Shown here piece after piece: positions 28,570 to 37,173 of a stretch of 64,000 bases of DNA (position 1 is the first letter of the stretch; every line of letters begins with the position of its first letter). The notes beneath the pieces are model-generated. The model was not told the DNA's origin, did not search any database, and was given only the letters and a program-made list of their open reading frames with translations. The position numbers were made by a program, and so were the translations under genes. Source of the stretch: Gemmatimonadales bacterium (lineage in GTDB: Bacteria; Gemmatimonadota; Gemmatimonadetes; Gemmatimonadales; GWC2-71-9). The stretch covers positions 135,902 to 199,901 of the forward strand of contig DASUJH010000020.1 of NCBI GenBank assembly GCA_036279355.1. The letters run 5' to 3'.

Positions 28570-30990
28570 TCAGTCTCCCGGGGAGGGCATCGAGGCCGCA
28601 TCGCGCCGCCGCACGCCGAGCCGCTGCTCGAGGACGCCAAGCAACTGCCGCTCGGCCGCATCCACCTCGCTGTCGCGCAGCGTGCGGTCAGCCGCGCGGA
28701 AGGTCAACCGGAACGCCACGCTGCGCAACGCGGCTGCCCCCTGCGGCCGGTACTCGTCGCGCACCGCCACGTGCGCCAGCAGCGGATTGCCCACGCCCTC
28801 GAGGACGCGGCGCACCGCCTCGGCCGTGACGGTGTCGGGAAGCAACAGCGCGAAATCGCGCGCGGACGACGGGGTGGACGGCAGGCTGCGGAAACGGGTC
28901 GGCGCGCGAGCCGTCGGGTCGAGCTCGATCTCGAGCCCGAAGACCGGTGCTGCCCACGGCGGCGCATCCGCCTCGAGCGCCGCGGCGCGCCCCACGACCC
29001 GACCATCACCGGCCACCGCAACCCATGAGTCGCCCTCAACTTGTATCGAGGCCACGGGATTTGCCAGAGCGGCTGCGGCCTCGAAGAGACCTTTGAGATC
29101 CCAGCGGTCGTAGTCGTCGCGTCCCGTGCCGGTCCAGTGCCTCGGCGCTCGCGCGCCGGTCACGATAGCCGCGACGTGCCGCGACTCGATCGGACGCCCC
29201 GCGGCAGCGCGGAACACGGTGCCCACCTCGAAGAGGCGGACGTCGCGGGCGTGGCAAGCCCAGTTGGCTTCCACGGCGCGCACGAGCCCGGGCAGCAGCG
29301 CCTGGCGCAGGTGCGCGTCCGTGGCGGAAAGCGGATTGCGGAGCCGCACAGCGTCCGGGCCCCTGTCGGGCACCATGGGCAGACCCATGGTTTCGAGCAG
29401 CCCCTGGGCGGCGAGCCCGCGGCGCACGTGCGAGGCGGCCCGCTCGATCGGTGCGTCGGCCAGCGAGCCCACGCGGAAGCGCCGCAGCTCGACGGGGAAG
29501 TTGTCGTACCCGTGGAGGCGGGCGATCTCCTCGATGAGGTCGATCTCCTCGCGCAGATCCGGGCGCCACCCGGGCACCTCGACGGCGAGGCGGCCGTCCT
29601 CCGGCTTGGCAAGCGCCGTGGCGCCGACGGCGCCGAGATGGCGCTCGATCGCGCTCCAGGGAAGCTCGACGCCCAGCACCTGCGCCACGCGCGCGGGGCG
29701 GAGAAAGATGCGCGGCGGATGAGACGGTTCCGGCCAGAGGTCCACGGGCGCGTCGGCCAGGGTGCCGCCCGCCGTTGCGAGCACCAGCTCGATGCAGCGG
29801 CGCATCGCTTCGGCGCCGCCCCAGAGATCGACCCCCCGCTCGAAGCGGTAGCTCGCCTCGCTGGCGAGGCCAAGCACCCCACGGGTGCGGCGAATGCGCG
29901 CGGGCGTCCACCACGCCGCCTCCAGCAGCACCTCGGTGGTTTCCGCCCGCACCTCCGTCCCGGCGCCACCCATCACCCCCGCGATACCGATCGGCTCCGC
30001 GGCGTCGGCGATGATCGTCATCTCGGCGTCGAGCGCGCGGCGCTGGCCATCCAGCGTCACCAGCGCCTCGCCGGGCGACGCGCGCCGCACGGTGAGTGCG
30101 GGCCCGGCGACGCGCGCCGCATCGTACGCGTGCATCGGATGGCCCAGCTCGAGCATGACGTAGTTGGTGGCGTCGACCACGTTGTTGATCGCGCGCACGC
30201 CCACCGCCTCCAGCCGCTGCGCGAGCCATGAGGGCGACGGCGCGATGCGGACGCCACGGATGAGTGCCGCGTGGAACCGCCGGCAGCCCTCGAGATCTTC
30301 GAGAGACACGGACACGCCGCGCTCATTCCGAGCGGCGCCCAGGGAACCCACGGCTCCGACTCGGCGCGCGGGCGGAATGTCGAGCGTCTCGGCGCCGGGC
30401 ACGAGCGGCAGCCGGAACGGCGTACCGTACGCGGCGGCCAACTCGCGGGCGATGCCCTTGTGGCCCAGCAGGTCCGGGCGGTTCGGGGAGACGTCCACCA
30501 CCAGCCGATCGTCGCCGATCGGAAGCGCCTCGAGGAGCGCCGTTCCCGGCGCCGCCGCCGTCTCCAGCTCCAGCAGACCGTCGTGATCCTGACCCAGACC
30601 CAGCTCGCGCGCCGAGCACAGCATCCCTTCGGACAGCTCGCCGCGGATCCTGGCGCGCTCGAGCCGCATGGGGGCGCCACCCTTGCCGGCCGGCACCGTC
30701 GCTCCCACCGGCGCGAACGGATACTTTTTCCCCGCCGTCACGTTCGGCGCGCCGCACACCACGGTGCGCCGCTCCGGCGAGCCGTCGTTCACGACGCAGA
30801 GCCGGAGCCGGTCAGCGTTCGGATGCGGGCGCACCGCCTCGACCAGCGCGACGCGAATGTCGCGCAGCCCGCCGCCGAGGGTCTCGATGGCATCGACCGG
30901 CGCGCCGAGCATGGCGAGCCGGCTCGCCACGTCCTGCGCCGCCAGCGGGCGCCGCAGGAACTCCTCGAGCCACCGCCGCGACACGTTCAC
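28570..30990 (-). CDS. pheT: Phenylalanine--tRNA ligase beta subunit
   Basis: From GTG 30990 the protein reads VNVSRRWLEEFLRRPLAAQDVASRLAMLGAPVDAIE..., giving 806 aa. The GTG overlaps the pheS stop as GTGA. Confidence 0.93.
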   Translation of the reverse strand: MNVSRRWLEEFLRRPLAAQDVASRLAMLGAPVDAIETLGGGLRDIRVALVEAVRPHPNADRLRLCVVNDGSPERRTVVCGAPNVTAGKKYPFAPVGATVPAGKGGAPMRLERARIRGELSEGMLCSARELGLGQDHDGLLELETAAAPGTALLEALPIGDDRLVVDVSPNRPDLLGHKGIARELAAAYGTPFRLPLVPGAETLDIPPARRVGAVGSLGAARNERGVSVSLEDLEGCRRFHAALIRGVRIAPSPSWLAQRLEAVGVRAINNVVDATNYVMLELGHPMHAYDAARVAGPALTVRRASPGEALVTLDGQRRALDAEMTIIADAAEPIGIAGVMGGAGTEVRAETTEVLLEAAWWTPARIRRTRGVLGLASEASYRFERGVDLWGGAEAMRRCIELVLATAGGTLADAPVDLWPEPSHPPRIFLRPARVAQVLGVELPWSAIERHLGAVGATALAKPEDGRLAVEVPGWRPDLREEIDLIEEIARLHGYDNFPVELRRFRVGSLADAPIERAASHVRRGLAAQGLLETMGLPMVPDRGPDAVRLRNPLSATDAHLRQALLPGLVRAVEANWACHARDVRLFEVGTVFRAAAGRPIESRHVAAIVTGARAPRHWTGTGRDDYDRWDLKGLFEAAAALANPVASIQVEGDSWVAVAGDGRVVGRAAALEADAPPWAAPVFGLEIELDPTARAPTRFRSLPSTPSSARDFALLLPDTVTAEAVRRVLEGVGNPLLAHVAVRDEYRPQGAAALRSVAFRLTFRAADRTLRDSEVDAAERQLLGVLEQRLGVRRRDAASMPSPGD

Positions 30991-32066
30991 GCGCCGCCCT
31001 GCCCCGTGCCCGCGGCCACGAACTGCTCGAGGAACCGCATGTCGCCCTCGTAGAGCAGCCTGATGTCGGGCACGTCGTACCGAAGCAGCGCGATCCGCTG
31101 CGGCCCCATGCCGAAGGCGAAGCCGGTGTACCGCTCGGCGTCGAGCCCCGCGTTCCGCAGCACCGCGGGATGCACCATGCCGCAGCCGAGGATCTCCATC
31201 CACCCCGTGCCCTTGCAGGTGGGGCAGCCCGCCCCATGGCAGAGCTGGCACTCGACATCCATCTCGGCCGAGGGCTCGGTGAATGGGAAGTACGAGGGCC
31301 GGAACCGCACGGCGGTCGAGGACGAGAAGAAACGCTGGGCGAAATGCGCCAGCGTCGCCTTGAGATCCACGAACGAGATGCCGTCGTCCACCGCGAGGCC
31401 CTCGATCTGGAGGAACGCCGGTGCGTGCGACGGATCGAACGGATCGTTGCGGTAGACGACGCCGGGCATCACCACCCGGATGGGCGGCGCGCTCGCAAGC
31501 ATCGTCCGGATCTGGACCGGCGACGTGTGCGTGCGAAGGAGCAGCCGACCGCCCGCCGGCGACTCTTCGACCGGAGGCGCGTCGAGATAGAGCGTATCGT
31601 GCAGGTCCATCGCCGGATGGTCTGCCGGGAAATTGAGCGCACCGAAGTTGTACCAGTCGGTCTCGACTTCGGGCCCCACGACGACGGCAAAACCCAGCGC
31701 GCGGAAAATGGCGAGGATTTCGTCCACCACGGCGGTGACGGGGTGCTCGGCCCCGATCCAGCGATGGCGCGCGGGCATTGTGAGGTCGGCGGCGGCAGCG
31801 GGCGCGGCGCCGGCCGCCAGGGCTGCGCTCCGCGCCGCGATGGCGGCCTCGGCCTCCGCCTTGAGCCGATTCACCGCAGCGCCGTACTGCTTCCGCTCCT
31901 CGATCGGGAGCGATGGCAGCGTCTGGAGCAGCCGGTTGAACGCGCCCGCTTTCCGGCCGAGGAGCGAAATCTTCTCGGCCTCGAGCTCGGCGGCGTCGAG
32001 GGCGGCGATCCGCTCGAGCCTGGGCACGAGCGCGTCGAGCTCGGGGTGTCGGGACTGGTCGGCCAT
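30987..32066 (-). CDS. pheS: Phenylalanine--tRNA ligase alpha subunit
   Basis: The protein contains LLRTHTSPVQIR, FLQIEGLAVD and FRPSYFPFTEPSAEMDV blocks. Confidence 0.95.
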   Translation of the reverse strand: MADQSRHPELDALVPRLERIAALDAAELEAEKISLLGRKAGAFNRLLQTLPSLPIEERKQYGAAVNRLKAEAEAAIAARSAALAAGAAPAAAADLTMPARHRWIGAEHPVTAVVDEILAIFRALGFAVVVGPEVETDWYNFGALNFPADHPAMDLHDTLYLDAPPVEESPAGGRLLLRTHTSPVQIRTMLASAPPIRVVMPGVVYRNDPFDPSHAPAFLQIEGLAVDDGISFVDLKATLAHFAQRFFSSSTAVRFRPSYFPFTEPSAEMDVECQLCHGAGCPTCKGTGWMEILGCGMVHPAVLRNAGLDAERYTGFAFGMGPQRIALLRYDVPDIRLLYEGDMRFLEQFVAAGTGQGGA

Positions 32067-32071
32067 GGATA

Positions 32072-32112
32072 TCCGAAAATAAGGGTCGCCCGCACCGGTG
32101 CGAGCGACCCCG
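32072..32112 (-). terminator. Rho-independent terminator/attenuator between rplT and pheS
   Basis: The minus strand reads GGGTCGC-TC-GCACCGGTGC-GG-GCGACCC followed by TTATTTTCGG. The U-tract ends about 6 nt before the pheS ATG. A second hairpin, GGGCGGC-GGCT-GCCGCCC, lies at 32137-32154. Confidence 0.6.
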
Positions 32113-32166
32113 CGTGACGTTGGGGTGGCTGACTGCGGGCGGCAGCCGCCGCCCGGAGCGTGCCCG

Positions 32167-32532
32167 CTAGACGCCCGCGTGTTCCTGCGTCTTGGCGATC
32201 TCCGCGATCCGGCCGAACGCCTCCGGGTCGCGCACCGCGAGGTCGGCCAGCACCTTCCGATTGATCTCGACGCCCGCGCGCCGGAGGCCGGCCATGAGCC
32301 GGCTGTAGGTCAGGCCATGGAGGCGGGCGGCGGCGTTGATGCGGGTGATCCAGAGCGCGCGAAACTCGCCCTTCCGCTTGCGCCGGTCGCGGTAGGCGTA
32401 GCGCATGCCGCGCTCCACCGTCTCCTTGGCCGACTTGTACAGCTTGCTCCGGGCGCCGCGGGCGCCCTTGGCGGCTTCCATGTACTTCTTCTTGCGCGCG
32501 TGATGCGCGACGCCGTTCTTGACACGCGGCAT
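32167..32532 (-). CDS. rplT: 50S ribosomal protein L20
   Basis: The protein reads [70 protein letters not shown]. Confidence 0.97.
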   Translation of the reverse strand: MPRVKNGVAHHARKKKYMEAAKGARGARSKLYKSAKETVERGMRYAYRDRRKRKGEFRALWITRINAAARLHGLTYSRLMAGLRRAGVEINRKVLADLAVRDPEAFGRIAEIAKTQEHAGV

Positions 32533-32539
32533 GGTATCC

Positions 32540-32734
32540 TCAGGCCTGAAGGAGGCGGTTGACGCGGCGAAAGTCCGCGGAGCTCACCAGCGCTTCCTTC
32601 TTAAGCTTGTTCTTCCGCTTCCGCGACTTCTTGGTCAGGATGTGCGTGTGGTTGGCATGCCCGCGCAGGAGCTTGCCTGACCCTGTCCTGGTAAACCGCT
32701 TCATGGCGGCACGTTTGGTCTTTTGCTTTGGCAT
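32540..32734 (-). CDS. rpmI: 50S ribosomal protein L35
   Basis: [37 protein letters not shown] aligns with L35 from the MPK N-terminus. The track ORF starts two codons earlier, at ATG 32740. Confidence 0.93.
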   Translation of the reverse strand: MPKQKTKRAAMKRFTRTGSGKLLRGHANHTHILTKKSRKRKNKLKKEALVSSADFRRVNRLLQA

Positions 32735-32763
32735 CTGCATTCCCGTTGAGAGGGCGGCGCCCT

Positions 32764-33285
32764 TTACTTTGGCGCGAGAACCATCGTCATGTTGCGCCCT
32801 TCGAGCTTGGCGTCACTCTCCACCTTGCCCACGTCCGCCAACTCCGCTGCCACCCTGTCCAGCACCGCCCGGCCCAGCTCCGTGTGCGCCATCTGCCGGC
32901 CGCGAAACATCATGGTCACCTTGACCTTGTTGCCGTCGCCCAGGAACTCGCGGGCATGGCGCGTTTTGAAATCGAAGTCGTGGTCGTCGATGCCCGGGCG
33001 GTATTTCACTTCCTTGAGCTGGATGACGTGCTGCTTCTTCTTGGCCGCGCGCGCCGCCTTGGCCTCTTCGAACTTGAATTTCCCGTAGTCCATGATCTTG
33101 ACCACGGGAGGGCGAGCCATCGGCGCCACTTCCACGAGATCGAGGCCGCGCTCCTGCGCCGCCGCGAGGGCCTCGTCCACCGGCATCACCCCCAACTGCT
33201 CGCCCCCGGACCCGATGACCCGCACTGGACTGATGCGGATCTGCCGGTTGACACGGACTCTCTTTTCGCGCTCGTTCGTGGACAG
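32764..33285 (-). CDS. infC: Translation initiation factor IF-3, probably with a non-canonical CTG start
   Basis: (L)STNEREKRVRVNRQIRISPVRVIGSGGEQLGVMPVDEALAAAQERGLDLVEVAPMARPPVVKIMDYGKF matches IF-3. GGGGAGG at 33300..33294 lies 8 nt upstream of in-frame CTG 33285. The longest ORF reaches ATG 33390 but would then include a terminator-like hairpin. Confidence 0.85.
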   Translation of the reverse strand: MSTNEREKRVRVNRQIRISPVRVIGSGGEQLGVMPVDEALAAAQERGLDLVEVAPMARPPVVKIMDYGKFKFEEAKAARAAKKKQHVIQLKEVKYRPGIDDHDFDFKTRHAREFLGDGNKVKVTMMFRGRQMAHTELGRAVLDRVAAELADVGKVESDAKLEGRNMTMVLAPK

Positions 33286-33311
33286 TGGCTGAGCCTCCCC
33301 GCGTAGTTGAC

Positions 33312-33346
33312 ACAGAAAAACGGACGCCCCGTGCACCGGGCGTCCG
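33312..33346 (-). terminator. Terminator/attenuator hairpin immediately upstream of the infC ribosome-binding site
   Basis: The minus strand reads CGGACGCCC-GGTGCAC-GGGGCGTCCG followed by TTTTTCTGTG. The U-tract ends about 12 nt before GGGGAGG. Confidence 0.6.
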
Positions 33347-33473
33347 TAGCATGTATGGAGCGCGACCCGCTGCCGCCGGCGGCGGCCCATCGCGCCATGC
33401 CTGGACCCGGTTGCGCCGCGACTACCTCCGCGGGCTCAGGGTGTGGGGCATACGCCCCAGCTTTCAGGACGGC

Positions 33474-33502
33474 AACCTACCCGCGCCCCCTCGGAGTGTC
33501 AA
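33474..33502 (-). promoter_or_regulatory. Candidate sigma-70-type promoter for the infC leader
   Basis: The minus strand reads TTGACA-N17-TAGGTT. The -35 (33502..33497) overlaps the stop codon of the upstream MBL-fold gene. This is a motif match only. Confidence 0.3.
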
Positions 33503-34395
33503 CGGACCGGGGCCGTATCGCCGACCGTCGTCACGTCACGCAGTCCGAGACCCCGCGCCCCCGGGTCGAGGCGCGCCGTCGCAACCCGCGGATCGTGCTC
33601 GAAGACGAGCAGCCAGTCGCCCGCAAGCGCCTCTGCGTAGAGCGCGCGCTTCGATTCGAGGGTGCGGAGCGGCTCCACGTCGTACCCCATGATCCAGGCG
33701 AGCGGGACGTGCGCCGTCGTCGGTACGACGTCACCCAGGAAAATTGCAGTCTCGCCCGCACTCCGCACCACGACCGACTGATGAAATGGCACGTGGCCCG
33801 GCGTGACTCTGAGCGAGATGCCGGGCAGAAACCCGGCGTCACCCTCGACCAGTTGCCAGCGTCCTGCCCGGTCCACCGGCTCGAAGTTGTCCGGCAGGTA
33901 GCTCGCGCGGTTGCGCTCGTTGGCCAGCCGGGCGAACGCCAGCTCGCCGCGCTGCACGACGTACGTCGCGTTCGGAAATGCCAGGTCCAGCATGCCAGCA
34001 GCCGACCGCACGGTATCGCCTCCCGCATGATCGAAGTGCAGATGCGTGTTGAGCACCCAGCGCACCTCATCTGCCGCATGTCCCACCTCGGCCAGCGCAT
34101 CGTCGAGTTGCGTGCGCCCCAGAACGCCGCGGTTTTCGATCCCGTAGATGCCGCGGAACTTCTCGTCGTCCTTGTCGCCGATACCGGTGTCCACCAGCAC
34201 GAGGCCGCCGGGATGCTCGATAAGCAGGCAGCGCAGCGCGAGCTGGATGCGATGGCGCGCGTCCGGCGTGGCCCGGCGCTCCCACAGCGGGCGCGGCACC
34301 ACCCCAAACATCGCGCCGCCATCGAGGCGCTGGATGCCACCTTCGAGCGTGTGGCAGCGCAGCTCGCCGACGGTGAAAGTGTGCGTGAGGCTCAC
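33499..34395 (-). CDS. MBL-fold metallo-hydrolase
   Basis: From GTG 34395 (VSLTHTFTVGELRCH...) the protein carries the HxHxDH motif NTHLHFDHAGG. The GTG overlaps the upstream stop as GTGA. Confidence 0.85.
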   Translation of the reverse strand: MSLTHTFTVGELRCHTLEGGIQRLDGGAMFGVVPRPLWERRATPDARHRIQLALRCLLIEHPGGLVLVDTGIGDKDDEKFRGIYGIENRGVLGRTQLDDALAEVGHAADEVRWVLNTHLHFDHAGGDTVRSAAGMLDLAFPNATYVVQRGELAFARLANERNRASYLPDNFEPVDRAGRWQLVEGDAGFLPGISLRVTPGHVPFHQSVVVRSAGETAIFLGDVVPTTAHVPLAWIMGYDVEPLRTLESKRALYAEALAGDWLLVFEHDPRVATARLDPGARGLGLRDVTTVGDTAPVR

Positions 34396-35273
34396 GCGCG
34401 GCCTTCCAGGCAGGAATCCCCGCGCGGCTCGGTGGGCATGGCCGCGCGGCGGCGGCGCGGGGCGCGGCTCGAGCGCGCCTCGAGCGCCGCCAGGTCCTGC
34501 AGCGTCCGCGCCCCCGCCTCGCGCGCGAGCTCCAGCAGCCGCGCCAGCAGCTGGGCGGTGACCATGGCATCGCCCGCGGCCCGATGGCGGGCGGCATTCG
34601 CGAATCCGAAATGGTGCGTGAGGCTGTCGAGCCCGCAGGAACCCACGCCGCGGACGAGCTTTCGCGCGAGCCGGACGGTGCAGAGCCGCGGCCCGTCGAG
34701 CGCGAGATCCCGCGCCCGGCGCAGCTCGGCGCCCACAAAGCCCCAGTCGAACCGAGCGTTGTGCGCGACGAACACGCGCCCGCCGAGCGCCGCGAGCACC
34801 TGATCCGCAAGCTCGGCGAAGGTCGGCGCGCCGCGCACCATCGCGTCGGTGATGCCCGTGATCGACGCCACCACCGACGGGATCCGCCGCTCCGGATTCA
34901 CCAGCGACTCGAAGACGACCTCGCGCCGCCTGCCGTGCAGCACGGCGACGGCGATCTCGGTCACCCGGTCGCCCCCCGACGCGCGCATGCCGGTCGTCTC
35001 TACGTCCACGACCGCGAAGGCGCACTCCTCCAGCAGTGGCGAGCCCTGCACCTCCGCCACGAGCGCCCAGCGCCCGTCGGCAAGCCGGTGGATGCGCGGA
35101 TCCGCGCCGAGGAGCGCCACCGCGAGCCGCTCGGCCACGGAGCTCGGCGCGTCCGCGAGACCGAATACCGCCGCGCAGAGCACCGCCGACGTCTCAGGAC
35201 CTTCGGCGAGCCGATCCAACACCCGCGCGGCCAAGGTGGCGGCCGGATGCGGTGCCAGGCCTGTCATCGGCAC
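34392..35273 (-). CDS. DnaQ-like 3'-5' exonuclease (DEDDh) with an N-terminal extension of about 95 aa
   Basis: The three exonuclease motifs are Exo I FAVVDVETTG, Exo II VAHNARFDWGF and Exo III HRAAGDAMVTAQL. I do not recognise the N-terminal 95 aa. Confidence 0.85.
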   Translation of the reverse strand: MPMTGLAPHPAATLAARVLDRLAEGPETSAVLCAAVFGLADAPSSVAERLAVALLGADPRIHRLADGRWALVAEVQGSPLLEECAFAVVDVETTGMRASGGDRVTEIAVAVLHGRRREVVFESLVNPERRIPSVVASITGITDAMVRGAPTFAELADQVLAALGGRVFVAHNARFDWGFVGAELRRARDLALDGPRLCTVRLARKLVRGVGSCGLDSLTHHFGFANAARHRAAGDAMVTAQLLARLLELAREAGARTLQDLAALEARSSRAPRRRRAAMPTEPRGDSCLEGRA

Positions 35274-35289
35274 GCCGTCCGGCCTCCGC

Positions 35290-36528
35290 TCAAGGCTCCG
35301 CGCGCCGGAGCGGCAGCGTCATGCAACGCGGGCCGCCACCGCCGCGCGCGAGCTCGCTCCCGTCCACCGTCACCACGATGCGCTGCCGCGAATCGATCCA
35401 GTCGTCGAACGCAAGGAAGTCGGACGACGGCACCTGGCGGAATCCCGCGCCCTTGAGCGCATCCAGCGTGGCGTAGTTGCGCTTGTAGCTCACGATCATC
35501 CCCGGCCGGAGCGCCAGGAAATTACAGGCCGAGCTCCACTGCTCGCGGTCCTGCGCGGTGCGCACGCTCCCGCCCGCGAACACCGGCTCGAGCGGCAGCC
35601 CCACCTCGTCGAGCGCCGCGAAAAACGTCGGCATCTCGCGCACCGTGTCCGTCCCCTTCCGCCGGTGCAGGATCGGCAACCGCTCCGGGCCGACGAAGTA
35701 AGGCGGGTACACCACGCAAAGGTCGCGATCGACGTGGGTGAAGATCATGTCGAGGTGAATGGCGGTCGGCGCCTTGGGCATGACGACGACGATGACATCG
35801 GTGATCGCGCCCCGGGAAAACACCACCTCGCAGAGCTGGTCGAGCGCCGCCGGCGACGTTCGCTCGCTGAACCCCACGACGAGCAGGTCGGGACGGAGCT
35901 GGTGGACGTCCCCGCCCTCGAGCGTGTAGTTGCTGCGCTGCTCCTCCGACCCGTCGTAGAGCAGCCCCGCGTTGGAGAGCATCGGATGGAACCGGAAGAG
36001 CGCCTTCACCAGCAGCTCTTCGGTCCACCGGACGCCGTAGCGCATTGACCCCACGACCGCGTGCTCGCCGATCACCATGCCGATATCGCGTGGGAAGAAG
36101 AGATTGGGCAGCGGCGGCAGGGCGAAGCCGCCTTCGTTGAGCGCCCGCGCGATGGGCCCCGCGGACTCCTCGGTGCCCTCGATCAGCATCCGGACGATCT
36201 CTTCCGGCGCGAGCGCGGCGAGCCGCTGCGCGAGGTGGTCGGACGGCACGACGTCGAGCGTCTCCGAGATCAGGAACTCCCGTGCCTCGGGCGCCTCGAG
36301 CACCTCGGCCAGGAGCTTTCGCACCTGGTGGATGGTCGCGACCCGGGAGAGCACCGCGGCAAACTGGCGATGCTCCCGCTGCGCTGTTTCGAGATCGATG
36401 ATGTCGTCGTAGAGAAAATCTTCGCGGGTGCCCGGCGTCACCGCCTGCAGCTCGGGGCCGGGCGTGTGCACCAGCACTGCCTGCAGCGGACCGATCTCGG
36501 ACGAGACGTGGAGGCAGGACATGCCCAC
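35290..36528 (-). CDS. arcA: Arginine deiminase family protein
   Basis: The protein contains HVSSEIGPLQAVLVHTPGPEL and ends ...LARGGGGPRCMTLPLRRAEP, which includes the catalytic Cys motif. The start is either GTG 36528 or ATG 36522. Confidence 0.8.
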   Translation of the reverse strand: MGMSCLHVSSEIGPLQAVLVHTPGPELQAVTPGTREDFLYDDIIDLETAQREHRQFAAVLSRVATIHQVRKLLAEVLEAPEAREFLISETLDVVPSDHLAQRLAALAPEEIVRMLIEGTEESAGPIARALNEGGFALPPLPNLFFPRDIGMVIGEHAVVGSMRYGVRWTEELLVKALFRFHPMLSNAGLLYDGSEEQRSNYTLEGGDVHQLRPDLLVVGFSERTSPAALDQLCEVVFSRGAITDVIVVVMPKAPTAIHLDMIFTHVDRDLCVVYPPYFVGPERLPILHRRKGTDTVREMPTFFAALDEVGLPLEPVFAGGSVRTAQDREQWSSACNFLALRPGMIVSYKRNYATLDALKGAGFRQVPSSDFLAFDDWIDSRQRIVVTVDGSELARGGGGPRCMTLPLRRAEP

Positions 36529-36543
36529 AACGTAAACGAGGCG

Positions 36544-37164
36544 CTAGCGGTTGGTCAGTGCGTAGCTCAGCGTCTCGAGCTCGAGTGCCAGATTCACTGT
36601 CTTCACCACGACGTCATCGGGCACGGCCAGCTGCAGCGGCGCGAAGTTGAGCAGCGCCTTCACACCGAGCCGCACGAGCCGGTCGGTCACCGCCTGGGCG
36701 GCGTCGGGGGGTGTCACGACCACCGCCATCTCGACCGGCTGGGCGGTGAGCTCCCGCTCCAGGTCCGCGATGTCCCGCACGGTAAGCCCGTTCCACTGGT
36801 GGCCGATCTTGGCCGGATCGACGTCGAAGATCGCGGCGATGTCAAACCCGCGCTGCCGGAACCCGCGATACTGCGCGAGCGCGCCGCCGATCTTCCCCGC
36901 CCCGATCATCGCCACGCGATAGCGGCGCTCGAGTCCCAGGATTTCTCGCAGCCGGCCGAGCAACTCCGGCACCGGGTAACCCAGCCCGCGCTTGCCGAAC
37001 GAGCCGAAGAACGAGAGGTCCTTGCGCACTTGCGCCGACGTGGTGCCGCCGCGCGAGGCGAGCGCCTCGGAGCTGATGGTGGCGAGTCCCTCCTCGTCGA
37101 ACTCCTCCAGGAACCGCAGGTACAGGGAGAGGCGACGCACCGTGCTCTCCGCGACTTTGCGCAT
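36544..37164 (-). CDS. rex: Redox-sensing transcriptional repressor Rex
   Basis: The protein reads MRKVAESTVRRLSLYLRFLEEF...SSEALASRGGTTSAQVRKDLSFFGSFGKRGLGY, followed by the Rossmann motif MIGAGKIGGAL. Confidence 0.93.
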   Translation of the reverse strand: MRKVAESTVRRLSLYLRFLEEFDEEGLATISSEALASRGGTTSAQVRKDLSFFGSFGKRGLGYPVPELLGRLREILGLERRYRVAMIGAGKIGGALAQYRGFRQRGFDIAAIFDVDPAKIGHQWNGLTVRDIADLERELTAQPVEMAVVVTPPDAAQAVTDRLVRLGVKALLNFAPLQLAVPDDVVVKTVNLALELETLSYALTNR

Positions 37165-37173
37165 GTCGCCCTA

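Noticed and set aside
33499-35025. A 508-aa ORF that appears to fuse the MBL hydrolase to a long N-terminal region.
   Set aside because: The upstream 210 codons are out-of-frame read-through of the DnaQ-like exonuclease gene. The MBL domain starts at GTG 34395, which overlaps the exonuclease stop.
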